This document shows positions 8,748 to 18,161 of a stretch of 64,000 bases of DNA, piece by piece (within the stretch, counting starts at the first letter, position 1; every line of letters starts with the position of its first letter). Both the position numbers and the translations under genes were made by a program. This DNA is from Prosthecobacter debontii. Its GTDB lineage: Bacteria > Verrucomicrobiota > Verrucomicrobiia > Verrucomicrobiales > Akkermansiaceae. Location: contig CAMAXN010000004.1 in the NCBI GenBank assembly GCA_945862245.1, positions 442 through 64,441 of the forward strand, given 5' to 3'. The notes beneath the pieces are model-generated. The model did no database searches, was not told where the DNA came from, and worked only from the letters and a program-made list of their open reading frames with translations.

Positions 8748-10247
8748 TCACACCCTAATTGTCTTTGCGAGGGCGATAGCGCGGAGGAGGGCTTTGGATT
8801 TGCTAACGGTCTCGTTGTATTCGTAGGTGGGGTCGGAGTCGGCAACAACGCCAGCACCGGCTTGGACGTAAGCTTTGCCGTCTTTCAGCAAACAAGTGCG
8901 GAGAGTGATGCAGGAGTCATGGGAGCCATCGAACCCAAAATATCCGACGGCACCTGCGTAGGCGCAGCGCTTATGCTTTTCAAGTGAATTTATGATCTGC
9001 ATGGCTCGGATTTTCGGCGCTCCTGAGACGGTGCCGGCGGGGAAAGTGGCGCGTAGGACATCATAGGCGGAGTGCGCGGGATCGAGTTCGCCGGAGACGT
9101 TAGAGACGATGTGCATTACGTGAGAGTAGCGCTCGATGATCATGAAATCATCGACCGATACCTTGCCGTGTTTTGCGATTCGGCCAACGTCGTTGCGGGC
9201 GAGGTCGACAAGCATGAGGTGCTCGGCGCGTTCTTTGGGATCGGACAAAAGCTCGGCGGCGAGGGCGTCGTCCTCTGCTACAGTTTCACCCCTCCAGCGG
9301 GTGCCTGCGATGGGGCGTATGTCGATGCGCCCAGCAATGGAGCGAACATGTACTTCCGGGGAGGAGCCAACGAGCGCAAAATCTACCATTTCAAGGATGA
9401 ACATGTAGGGGGAGGGATTCACATGGCGCAGGGCGCGGTATAGATCGACAGGGGATTGATCGAAGTCCGCCGAGAAACGCTGGCTGGGTACGAATTGAAA
9501 AATGTCGCCGGCCTTGATGAACTCCTTGCCTTCACGAACCATATTTTCGTATTCGGCTTGCGTTGTATTTGATTCGGCGGACTCTTCTATGATTTCTGCA
9601 AGTCCGTTGAGTGCCGGGATGTGGAGCGGGCGGTTGAGAATTTCGATCATCGAAGCGATGCGCCCCTGTGCGGCGGTGTAGGCTTCCACGGGGTCGGTGT
9701 GCTCATCGATAAATGCGTTCGCGATGACTTGTAGGCGGCGCAGTCGGTGGTCGAAGACGAGCACTGTATCGGCAAGCATGAAAAGTGCATCTGGGATGCC
9801 GAGCGGATCTTCTGGAGGGGAGCCTAGTGTTGGTTCAAACTGGCGGACGGCGTCGTAGGATAGATAGCCGACCATGCCACCGGAGAAAGGCGGTAGGGCG
9901 GGATTCGGGACGGGTACGAAGGCGGCCATTTCGCGTTCCAGCGTGGCGAGGCAGTCATCGTCTGCAGTCAGAGTGCGCGTTTTGTTGCCATCTGTGATAG
10001 TGATCTCTTTTCCACGTGCGGTGAAGATACGTTTCGGACCGGAGCCGAGGATAGACCAGCGTCCGCCTTTGTCTGTGGCTTCCGCGGATTCGAGAAGGAA
10101 GGAATGCTTCGTGTCGCGAATCTTTAGGTAAGCCGAGAGCGGAGTTTCGAAGTCCGAAGCTAGCTGGGTGAACACGGGGATCACGTTTCCGTGCGTTGCG
10201 GCTTCTTTAAACGCCTCCAGTGAAGGCTCTACAGGGATGGGAGTCAC
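8748..10247 (-). CDS. trpE: Anthranilate synthase component I
   Basis: 499 aa. FLLESAE, FPAGTVSGAPKIRAMQII, GAGVVADSDP. GTG start. It sits directly upstream of trpG. Confidence 0.9.
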   Translation of the reverse strand: MTPIPVEPSLEAFKEAATHGNVIPVFTQLASDFETPLSAYLKIRDTKHSFLLESAEATDKGGRWSILGSGPKRIFTARGKEITITDGNKTRTLTADDDCLATLEREMAAFVPVPNPALPPFSGGMVGYLSYDAVRQFEPTLGSPPEDPLGIPDALFMLADTVLVFDHRLRRLQVIANAFIDEHTDPVEAYTAAQGRIASMIEILNRPLHIPALNGLAEIIEESAESNTTQAEYENMVREGKEFIKAGDIFQFVPSQRFSADFDQSPVDLYRALRHVNPSPYMFILEMVDFALVGSSPEVHVRSIAGRIDIRPIAGTRWRGETVAEDDALAAELLSDPKERAEHLMLVDLARNDVGRIAKHGKVSVDDFMIIERYSHVMHIVSNVSGELDPAHSAYDVLRATFPAGTVSGAPKIRAMQIINSLEKHKRCAYAGAVGYFGFDGSHDSCITLRTCLLKDGKAYVQAGAGVVADSDPTYEYNETVSKSKALLRAIALAKTIRV

Positions 10248-10271
10248 GGGCGGTAGGATGGGGGCAAACCT

Positions 10272-10301
10272 GAAATTTTAAACTTTAAACTTCAAGGAAG
10301 A
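10272..10301 (+). repeat. Copy 4 of the dispersed AT-rich junction motif
   Basis: GAAATTTTAAACTTTAAACTTCAAGGAAGA, between DUF58 and trpE. Confidence 0.65.
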
Positions 10302-10329
10302 TGAAACCGGTCGGCAAGCGCCCGGCGGC

Positions 10330-11157
10330 TCACTTCGTGGATTCCAGTGCCTTAACTGGCAGGGCGTGCTGATAGAGGGCGGCGATGAGTTCGGTGGAAC
10401 AGGGTATGCGAGCTAAGGGTGCTTGGTGGCGGATCGCGGCATCTTTCCAGAGGTTAAAATGGGCGACGTAGGCCTCGCGGTAGCGGCGGAGGGTGGCAGG
10501 TTCGATACGGTGGGGGTGGAGGCTATTCAACTCGGCGTCGATGAAGTCGTAGTTTCCTGCCCATTCAGGATTCGACTCGGCGTTGTTGAAGTGAGCGAAT
10601 AGGATAGGCGTGCCCTGCTTCTGACCGAGGGCGCGAAGGATGGGGTTGGGATCGGCGGAAAAAAGTAGGTCGGAGAGTAGCACGCGGAGGGCGTGGGAGC
10701 GCAGTGGAATGCGTTGTATTTCCGGCGGTAAGGAAGGATTCGCGGGAGCGAGTGCAGCGACATCCGTGAGCCAGCGTTTTGTCTTGAGTGTGAGTGGATC
10801 GATGGCGAGATATTTATCGCCGGAAATCGCATAGATGCGGACGGAGGCTCCGGCGGCAAGTGAGGAGTTTGTTAGGAAATCCAGTAATTCCTCCGTCCTG
10901 CTTGCTTTTTCTAGGGAGAAAAACATAGAGGACGAGGCGTCGAGGATGAGATCAACAACAGGACGGATCTCCTCTCGAAAGAGCTTCATGGAATACTGCC
11001 CAGTGCGGGCGTAGGCTTGCCAGTTGATATGGCGCGGATCGTCCCCCGGCGAGTAAGCTCGGTGATCCTGGAAGTCCATAGATGCCCCAGTGCCGGAGCC
11101 CGTGAATTCACCGGCGGCACCGCGCCAGGCACGGGAACGGAAAGGGAGCCTTAACAT
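10330..11157 (-). CDS. DUF58 domain protein (MoxR-system-associated family). No MoxR or VWA partner is present in the window.
   Basis: 275 aa. Has the hallmark FQDHRAYSPGDDPRHINW. Confidence 0.75.
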   Translation of the reverse strand: MLRLPFRSRAWRGAAGEFTGSGTGASMDFQDHRAYSPGDDPRHINWQAYARTGQYSMKLFREEIRPVVDLILDASSSMFFSLEKASRTEELLDFLTNSSLAAGASVRIYAISGDKYLAIDPLTLKTKRWLTDVAALAPANPSLPPEIQRIPLRSHALRVLLSDLLFSADPNPILRALGQKQGTPILFAHFNNAESNPEWAGNYDFIDAELNSLHPHRIEPATLRRYREAYVAHFNLWKDAAIRHQAPLARIPCSTELIAALYQHALPVKALESTK

Positions 11158-11166
11158 TCAAACTCT

Positions 11167-11188
11167 AAAATTTTAAATTTTAAAAAGT
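11167..11188 (+). repeat. Degenerate copy 5 of the junction motif
   Basis: AAAATTTTAAATTTTAAAAAGT, between the M16 peptidase and DUF58. It lacks the CAAGGAAGA end. Confidence 0.4.
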
Positions 11189-14140
11189 TCACTTCTCCTT
11201 TGGAAGTATGGAGATTTTGTGAAGATTTTTTGAAGTGTAATATTTTTTTGCGAGGGCGTTGATTTCCTTGAGGGTGATGGAGCGATAGTCTTTATCGCGG
11301 GAGCGGGCGAGTTCGAGTTTTTCGGGGTCCGCCTGCGATTGGGAGAGCACGGTGGTGAGCCAGTAGGAATTATCGCGGAGGGTTTTCTCGAGGTCGGTGA
11401 GGGTGGGGGCGAGGGCGCGGTCGAGTTCTTGCTGCGTGGCGCCCTTTTCGGACAGATCGGTGGCGATCTTTTCCATGGTGGTGAGCAGGAGAGGTATGTC
11501 GTCGGGCTTGCCGATGGACTGACCGATTAGATAACCGACGCTTTCTAGGGCATCCGAACCACCCACGCCGGCATTAGGCGAGTAGGACGCACCAAGTTTC
11601 TCGCGGATCTCCTCGCGAAGGCGGTCGCCGTAGATATCGGAAAGGATGTTCAGGCGCCGCACCTCGAGAATATTGTCGCGCATACCGTCGGTTTTCCAGA
11701 TCGCGGTCGCTGCGGCCTGCGGTATCTTCGATTCGTAGGAGAAGGTTTTTTCGATGGGAGGTTTCGGAAAAGAAATCTTGCGGGAAAGTTTTGCATTCGC
11801 TGCAGGCGCAGCATCGCGTTTTGCGAGGGTTCCGAAGGTGGCGAGCAGGTCTTTCAGTAAGGTCTCCCGATCGAAGTCGCCGACGATGGTGAGTTCCAGG
11901 TAACTATTTTCCAGCTCCGGCTCGAGCCATTCCTTCACCTGGTCGATAGTGTAGTTTGAGATCTGCACCTGGGTAGGGACGGAGTAGCGGAAATCGCCGC
12001 CATGGAGCCACGAGTTCATTTCCATCATCGGGCCGCTAGTTGTGTGCTTTAGGGTTTGGAAGAGCATGGGAATTTCTTTCTGAAACTGCCATAGAGCATC
12101 GGGGCGATAGCCGGGATCGGTGAGTAAGGCGATCATGACCTGGAGTTGTAGAAGCTGATCTTTCGGAGTGGTTGATCCGGAGAGGCTGAGCACATCTTCG
12201 CCGATGGATAGTTCTGCCGAGACGTTGCGGCCTGCAAGGATTTCCGCGAGTTCATCGTTCGAGTGCTTGCCGAGCCCGCCGCCTTGGAATATCGCGCTGG
12301 CGAACTTATCGAGCATCGGCGTGCCTTTCGGTTGCGAGAGTTGGCCGACTCCGATGCGCGCATAGGTGCGGATGAGGTTTTTCTCGAAATCAGTTTTTTT
12401 GAGATTGATGCGGACGTTGTTGGCAAGCTTGATCTGGGTAATATTGAAATCCTTTTTTTCCACTATTGAGGCCACGGTCCCTGGTTTCCCCAAATCGGTG
12501 TAGCCGAAGGGAATGAGCGTGCGCGCGGCGGGAGGTTCTACAACGGTTTTAGCAGATTTTTCGTAGATCTCGGCAAGTGTTTCCTCAGCGCCTTCCGGCG
12601 CTTCCTTTGTTGAAAGCACGAGATGGTAGCCAGGAGTTTCCCAGAATTTTACAAAGTCTGCGAGAACGTCTTCAACTGAGATGCTATTGAGAATTTCCTC
12701 GGCGAGTTCGAGATCCCCCTCGGGGGTGGAATATACCGAGCCATCGTTGACCGAACTAGCGATGGCGGTGGCCAGGGATTCGGACTTGCGGCTGTCCTTG
12801 CGTTTCACTGCCTCGCGGTAGGCGTTGAGAAGGTTCGCTTTCGCTTCGGAAAGCTCGGCCTCGGTGAAGCCGTGCTCCTTGGCGCGGCGCAGTTCGTTTT
12901 CGAGGATGGGCACTACTTCCTGCCAGCGGTCATCGGCAGCTGTTAGGGAAACGGAACCCATCTCCAGCCTGTTAAAAAGCGCAAATTTGGAGGCGGAACC
13001 GGCACTTACTGGGGAGTTTTCCTGTTTCGTGATTCGCTCGAAACGGCGGTCCATGATCGCGTGGGCGATCTCCACGGGAAACCTTGCTGCTCTCGTTTCC
13101 TTTGTGTCCGGTTTCTTTTCAAAGGGGCGAACCAGATTCAAGGAAACATCCGTTGAAGCCAGTTCGGGATCGCTGAAAATGTGCGGCTTCAAGCCCTCTT
13201 GGATAGCGAGTTCGCCCATGTTGGGTTCGTTGCCTGGATTCTCAGGGTTCTCGAAGGTGCCGAAGATTTCTTTAATCGTCAGCTCAAGTTCTGCTGGGTC
13301 GATATTACCAACGGCCACGAAGGTCATGCGGTCGGGCGTGTAGTATTTCTGATAGAAATCCAAGAAACGCTCGCGAGGAGCGTTCTTTATCACCTCTTCT
13401 ATGCCGATGGGGAAACGCTCGCCGATCAGGGAGCCAGGTAGTAGGGACTGAAACTGTTTCTGCATCATCCGATATTCCACCGAGTCGCGTGATGCCTTCT
13501 CAGCAAGGATCACGCCACGCTCCGCATCGATCTCTTCTGCGCTGAGAAGAGCCCCGTCAGCGAAGTCGCGCATGACACTGAAGGTGAGTTTCATGGTGTC
13601 CGGCTTGAGGTCGGGCAGGTCGAGCATGTAAACTGTCTCGTCGAACGAAGTGTAGGCATTCACATGAGCGCCGAAAGCGATACCGCGCGTCTGCATCTCG
13701 CGAATCAATGCGTTTGCATCCTTATGGCTCTTTGTGCCGTTGAAAACCATGTGTTCGAGAAAGTGAGCGAGACCGCGTTGGTCGTTATCCTCCATCAGAG
13801 ATCCCGCCGCGACGTGCAGGCGCAGAGAGAGGCGGTTTGGTGGTTCGCTATTTGGCATGATCATGTAGCGCATGCCGTTTTCTAGGGTTCCGAAAAGCGC
13901 AGTGGGATCCACAGGGATGTCGGATTTCTCATGTGGCCATGTGCGCTCATTGGACTGCGAATCTGCAGGATTAGCCGTGGTGGTATTCGAAACTTCTGCT
14001 GTAGCTGGAACCTGCGTTTGAGTCTCTTTAGAATTGCTTACCAACGACTTCGCGGCTGTCTTCTTATCGCCACGCAGGGTTAGAAAAAGGGCGGTGGCCG
14101 CTAGGATGAGAGTAAGTAGCAGAGGGCTTAGATTGCGCAT
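11189..14140 (-). CDS. Secreted tandem M16-family (insulinase/pitrilysin-like) zinc peptidase
   Basis: 983 aa. Signal peptide, inverted zinc motif HFLEHMVFNGT, and two M16 halves. Confidence 0.85.
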   Translation of the reverse strand: MRNLSPLLLTLILAATALFLTLRGDKKTAAKSLVSNSKETQTQVPATAEVSNTTTANPADSQSNERTWPHEKSDIPVDPTALFGTLENGMRYMIMPNSEPPNRLSLRLHVAAGSLMEDNDQRGLAHFLEHMVFNGTKSHKDANALIREMQTRGIAFGAHVNAYTSFDETVYMLDLPDLKPDTMKLTFSVMRDFADGALLSAEEIDAERGVILAEKASRDSVEYRMMQKQFQSLLPGSLIGERFPIGIEEVIKNAPRERFLDFYQKYYTPDRMTFVAVGNIDPAELELTIKEIFGTFENPENPGNEPNMGELAIQEGLKPHIFSDPELASTDVSLNLVRPFEKKPDTKETRAARFPVEIAHAIMDRRFERITKQENSPVSAGSASKFALFNRLEMGSVSLTAADDRWQEVVPILENELRRAKEHGFTEAELSEAKANLLNAYREAVKRKDSRKSESLATAIASSVNDGSVYSTPEGDLELAEEILNSISVEDVLADFVKFWETPGYHLVLSTKEAPEGAEETLAEIYEKSAKTVVEPPAARTLIPFGYTDLGKPGTVASIVEKKDFNITQIKLANNVRINLKKTDFEKNLIRTYARIGVGQLSQPKGTPMLDKFASAIFQGGGLGKHSNDELAEILAGRNVSAELSIGEDVLSLSGSTTPKDQLLQLQVMIALLTDPGYRPDALWQFQKEIPMLFQTLKHTTSGPMMEMNSWLHGGDFRYSVPTQVQISNYTIDQVKEWLEPELENSYLELTIVGDFDRETLLKDLLATFGTLAKRDAAPAANAKLSRKISFPKPPIEKTFSYESKIPQAAATAIWKTDGMRDNILEVRRLNILSDIYGDRLREEIREKLGASYSPNAGVGGSDALESVGYLIGQSIGKPDDIPLLLTTMEKIATDLSEKGATQQELDRALAPTLTDLEKTLRDNSYWLTTVLSQSQADPEKLELARSRDKDYRSITLKEINALAKKYYTSKNLHKISILPKEK

Positions 14141-14198
14141 GTGTGAGAATTACGATGTATAGGGAGAATGCACAAGCATAGGGTGGAGAGTATCGCTG

Positions 14199-14630
14199 TT
14201 GCAAAGTACGGTCGAGCAGGTAGAAAGGCTTATGATTCTGGATGTATCCACGCCCGCACTGCTATTTCCTGCCATCAGTCTGCTGTTTCTTTCCTACACG
14301 AATCGCTTTCTGCATCTTTCGGCGCTGATTCGCAAACTTCACGGGGATTGGATGGAACGTGGCGATTGCATCGCGCGGCAGCAGATCGAGAACCTGAGCA
14401 AGCGTCTCGTCCTGATCCGTTTCATGCAGCTTTTGGGAGCGATGAGCCTGCTTGCTTGTGTTGCTTCCATGGTGAGCGTGATGGGAGCCGCCCAGTGGTT
14501 GGCTGTGCCTGCATTTTGGGTGGCTTTGCTTTTCATGGGGTGTTCGCTCGCCAGTCTAGTTTTGGAAGTTTGGATTTCCGGAGGAGCGCTTCGCATCCTG
14601 CTCTCTGCTATGAAAGAGAAGAAATCTTGA
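14199..14630 (+). CDS. DUF2721-like small membrane protein
   Basis: 143 aa with 3-4 hydrophobic helices (LLFPAISLLFLSYTNRF..). Preferred over the overlapping 14168..14638 frame, which is Arg/Cys-rich. Confidence 0.55.
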   Translation: MQSTVEQVERLMILDVSTPALLFPAISLLFLSYTNRFLHLSALIRKLHGDWMERGDCIARQQIENLSKRLVLIRFMQLLGAMSLLACVASMVSVMGAAQWLAVPAFWVALLFMGCSLASLVLEVWISGGALRILLSAMKEKKS

Positions 14631-14682
14631 GCGTGTAAATTTCCGTATTGCCCGGATGAGGGTATGCCCTGAGCATCCATGC

Positions 14683-15303
14683 ATGTCGAAATATGCGGGA
14701 GAAGAGGTATTGGTTGTGAAGCGCGCCTTGTTGGAAAAGTACGGAATCTTCGAGGGCCTTCGCACTGACGGAGTAGACGATTTAGTGGCGGCAGTGCTCG
14801 ATGAAAAGACTCATTTTTTCTTGGATCGGGCGGCGGCGGAGGAGGATCCTAGCCATAAGCAGATCATCCCTTATTGCATTTTTAAATACGCAGAACGCAT
14901 CCTCTACTACACTCGCGGCAAGTCGGGCGGCGAAGACAGGCTCCATGCTAAAATCTCCGTCGGCGTTGGCGGCCACGTCAATCCCGTGGACATGGGCGAA
15001 GGACGCAAAGGCGCGTCTGCCTACTACGCAGCAGTCCAGCGCGAGATTGAGGAGGAACTGGACATCGCCTGCGATTACACGATGCGGATTGTCGGACTAC
15101 TTAACGACAACTCTAACCCGGTTGGTCAAGTGCATCTTGGGGTTGTGCACCTTGTGGAGTTGGACAGCGACGAAGTAAGCTCCCGTGAGGACGCGTTAAG
15201 CGATCTTTCATGGGCGAGCGTTTCCGAGCTGAACGGCGGGCTTTTCGAAAGACTGGAGACCTGGAGCGCTCATTGTGCGAAGTGGTTGGCAGCGGGAATT
15301 TAG
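14683..15303 (+). CDS. NUDIX-fold hydrolase-like protein
   Basis: Nudix-box-like GVGGHV..x..QREIEEELD. The start could instead be 14656. Confidence 0.6.
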   Translation: MSKYAGEEVLVVKRALLEKYGIFEGLRTDGVDDLVAAVLDEKTHFFLDRAAAEEDPSHKQIIPYCIFKYAERILYYTRGKSGGEDRLHAKISVGVGGHVNPVDMGEGRKGASAYYAAVQREIEEELDIACDYTMRIVGLLNDNSNPVGQVHLGVVHLVELDSDEVSSREDALSDLSWASVSELNGGLFERLETWSAHCAKWLAAGI

Positions 15304-15355
15304 TGAAGTCGGATTTCGGCATTTACCTGAACCTTAGGATGTTGATTATCTGTGA

Positions 15356-16753
15356 ATGAGTAAATTCTCTGCCTTTGAAGTTAAGATGCGTGCGGCCGGT
15401 ATGGGCGATGCGCCCGTTGCGGTTTTCAGAAGAAACTATGACGCTTTGCTGCGAAATGAGACTGGGCTAATTCCTGAGGAAAGCATTGTCCCTGCCGTTG
15501 GTTTGCCGAAGGCGGAGGATTTTGCCGAGGGCGATGCAGCGGATTTTTTGCATCAAACCGTGATTATAAAACTCAACGGCGGTCTCGGAACGGGTATGGG
15601 CTTGCTTGGGCCGAAGAGTTTGCTGCCAGTCCGCGAGGGGGTGAATTTCCTCGATCTCATGGTACAGCAGATCCTTTCGCTACGTGAGCAAAGCGGCACC
15701 AAGGTGCGCCTTCTACTGATGAACAGTTTTAATACCAGTGAAGATACGCTAGCGCATCTCCAGCGCTACGAGGCGGAGGGCTTCGCCGACGCGGGCGAGG
15801 TCGAAATGATGCAGAACATGGTACCGAAAATCGATGCTCAAACGCTCAGACCCATAGAATGGCCAGCCGATCCCGAGCAGGAGTGGTGTCCACCGGGTCA
15901 CGGTGACCTTTACCCGGCACTGGTCGGAAGTGGTTGGCTCGATCGCTTGCTTGGCGAAGGAGTTAAATATGCCTTCGTTTCCAACTCGGATAACCTAGGT
16001 GCGGTACTCGATCCGGCGTTGCTGGCGTTTTTCGCAGAGTCCGCTGCTCCGTTCATGATGGAGGTCACGCGGCGCACGGCGGCTGATAAAAAGGGCGGCC
16101 ATCTTGCGAAACGTAAGAGCGATGGACGTCTGATCTTACGCGAGGTCGCACAGTGTCCTGATGGCGATCTCGATAAATTTCAAGATATCGAAAAGCACCA
16201 ATATTTTAATACCAACAACTTATGGTTGAACCTTGAGAAACTGAAGGCTCAGCTCACCGAGGAATTCGGTGCGCTGCCGCTACCGATGATCAAGAACAGC
16301 AAAACCATCGATCCTCGCGATGTGAAATCGCCCGCCGTTTTCCAATTGGAGATCGCAATGGGTTCCGCTATTGAGTGCTTTGAAGGTGCGCTCGCCGTGG
16401 AGGTTCCGCGCAGCCGTTTTGCGCCGGTGAAAACTACTGCCGATCTTGTCGCGCTGCGCTCCGATGCCTATGAGATATTAAAGAATGGTCAGGTTCGCCT
16501 TCGCGAGGAACGCAAGGGTGTACCACCAGATATAACGCTTTCCGGGGAATACAAGCTCGTCGATTCGCTCGATGCGCTGGGTGTGGCATCATTAATTAAT
16601 TGTCGCTCGTTGAAAGTCATCGGGCTAGTTTCTTTTTCGGAGGATGTTGTTATTGAGGGTGATGTTGTTTTCGAGAATAATGAGGAAGGTGACCGAAAGC
16701 TGCCTACATGTAAGATTATCCCGGCTGGCATTTACACTAACAGAAACTTTTGA
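15356..16753 (+). CDS. UDPGP-family (eukaryotic-type) UTP--glucose-1-phosphate uridylyltransferase
   Basis: 465 aa. KLNGGLGTGMGL, LMNSFNT, PPGHGD and SNSDNLGA motifs typical of the UGP/UAP family rather than GalU. Confidence 0.8.
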   Translation: MSKFSAFEVKMRAAGMGDAPVAVFRRNYDALLRNETGLIPEESIVPAVGLPKAEDFAEGDAADFLHQTVIIKLNGGLGTGMGLLGPKSLLPVREGVNFLDLMVQQILSLREQSGTKVRLLLMNSFNTSEDTLAHLQRYEAEGFADAGEVEMMQNMVPKIDAQTLRPIEWPADPEQEWCPPGHGDLYPALVGSGWLDRLLGEGVKYAFVSNSDNLGAVLDPALLAFFAESAAPFMMEVTRRTAADKKGGHLAKRKSDGRLILREVAQCPDGDLDKFQDIEKHQYFNTNNLWLNLEKLKAQLTEEFGALPLPMIKNSKTIDPRDVKSPAVFQLEIAMGSAIECFEGALAVEVPRSRFAPVKTTADLVALRSDAYEILKNGQVRLREERKGVPPDITLSGEYKLVDSLDALGVASLINCRSLKVIGLVSFSEDVVIEGDVVFENNEEGDRKLPTCKIIPAGIYTNRNF

Positions 16754-16756
16754 ATT

Positions 16757-18109
16757 ATGTGGAAAGGAAGATTTTCTCAGGACAACACGTCACTCGTCGA
16801 ACAATTTGGCGAATCGATCTCATACGATTGGCGTTTGTTTCCGCACGATATAGCGGGATCCGTAGCTCATGCCCGCGCGCTGCTCAATTCTGGGATACTG
16901 AACGAAGAGGAGTTTTCCTCTATCGAAAAGGGACTGCGGGATATCAAAGCCGAGATCAAGGAAGGGAAATTCGTGTTCAAGACCTCGCTGGAGGATATCC
17001 ACATGAACATCGAGGCGGAGCTGACTAAGCGCATCGGTGCGGCGGGTGGCAAACTACACACCGCGCGCTCGCGTAACGACCAAGTGGCAACCGATACACG
17101 CCTTTACTGCCGCACACAAATTGATGAAATTTCTGCAGCGATTCACAGTCTGCAGAAAACGCTAGTCGCAAAAGCGGAGCAATACGCTGTCTCGGTGATG
17201 CCCGGCTACACCCACCTTCAGCGGGGGCAACCAGTCACGATCGGTCATCATCTACTTGCTTATGTTGAAATGCTCCAGCGCGATAAGGGTCGGCTTAATG
17301 ATTGCCGTCGTCGTCTGAATGTTTCCCCTCTCGGCTCCGGTGCGCTCGCCGGTTCTACAATTAACCTCGATCGCGAGGCCATTGCGATTGAGCTAGGTTT
17401 TGACAGTGTCACTCGCAACTCAATGGACGCGATTGCCGACCGCGACTACATCGCAGAGTTACTTTTTAATATCTCGATGTGTGGCGTTCACCTATCCCGC
17501 CTAAGTGAAGACTTGATCCTCTGGTGCTCTAGCGAATTCGGTTTCGTTGTGCTTTCCGATGCGCACACCACCGGCTCCTCACTAATGCCGCAGAAAAAAA
17601 ATCCCGATGTCTGCGAACTCACACGTGGGAAAACCGGAAGGCTCGTTGGTAACCTCATGAACCTTCTGGTAGCGATGAAAGGATTGCCACTCACATACAA
17701 TAGAGACCTTCAAGAGGACAAGCCACCGCTGTTTGATTCCATAGACACAATCCTGATGGTGCTCGCCGTGAACACCGAGATGATCGCCGCGATGGAAATG
17801 CGCGAAGACCGCTGCCTCGCCGCTGCCTCCGATCCGATGCTGCTCGCGACCGACCTTGCCGATGCGTTGGTGAAAAGCGGCGTGCCTTTTCGCAGAGCCC
17901 ACGAGATAGTTGGGAAAGCCGTCGCCGAATCGGTGAAGTCCGGAGTGCCTCTCAACGCGCTTGATCTTACGGTCATCGATCCTGCTTACACGGACTGCAT
18001 GAAATCAGTTTTCTCGCTGGAAACAGCCCTTGCAGCGCGCACAAACCCCGGCGCGCCTTCCGCGGTGAACGTCATACGCGAAATCGAAAGGTGGCGGACG
18101 AGCCTTTGA
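16757..18109 (+). CDS. argH: Argininosuccinate lyase
   Basis: 450 aa. MWKGRF..; signature GSSLMPQKKNPD. Confidence 0.92.
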   Translation: MWKGRFSQDNTSLVEQFGESISYDWRLFPHDIAGSVAHARALLNSGILNEEEFSSIEKGLRDIKAEIKEGKFVFKTSLEDIHMNIEAELTKRIGAAGGKLHTARSRNDQVATDTRLYCRTQIDEISAAIHSLQKTLVAKAEQYAVSVMPGYTHLQRGQPVTIGHHLLAYVEMLQRDKGRLNDCRRRLNVSPLGSGALAGSTINLDREAIAIELGFDSVTRNSMDAIADRDYIAELLFNISMCGVHLSRLSEDLILWCSSEFGFVVLSDAHTTGSSLMPQKKNPDVCELTRGKTGRLVGNLMNLLVAMKGLPLTYNRDLQEDKPPLFDSIDTILMVLAVNTEMIAAMEMREDRCLAAASDPMLLATDLADALVKSGVPFRRAHEIVGKAVAESVKSGVPLNALDLTVIDPAYTDCMKSVFSLETALAARTNPGAPSAVNVIREIERWRTSL

Positions 18110-18161
18110 GAATTATGGACTGATGTGCAGTGGCGAATTATAACCACTCTTATAAACACAA

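Noticed and set aside
14168-14638. 156-aa ORF overlapping the DUF2721-like frame
   Set aside because: Its translation is Arg/Cys/His-rich with no hydrophobic pattern. The alternative frame gives a coherent multi-TM protein.
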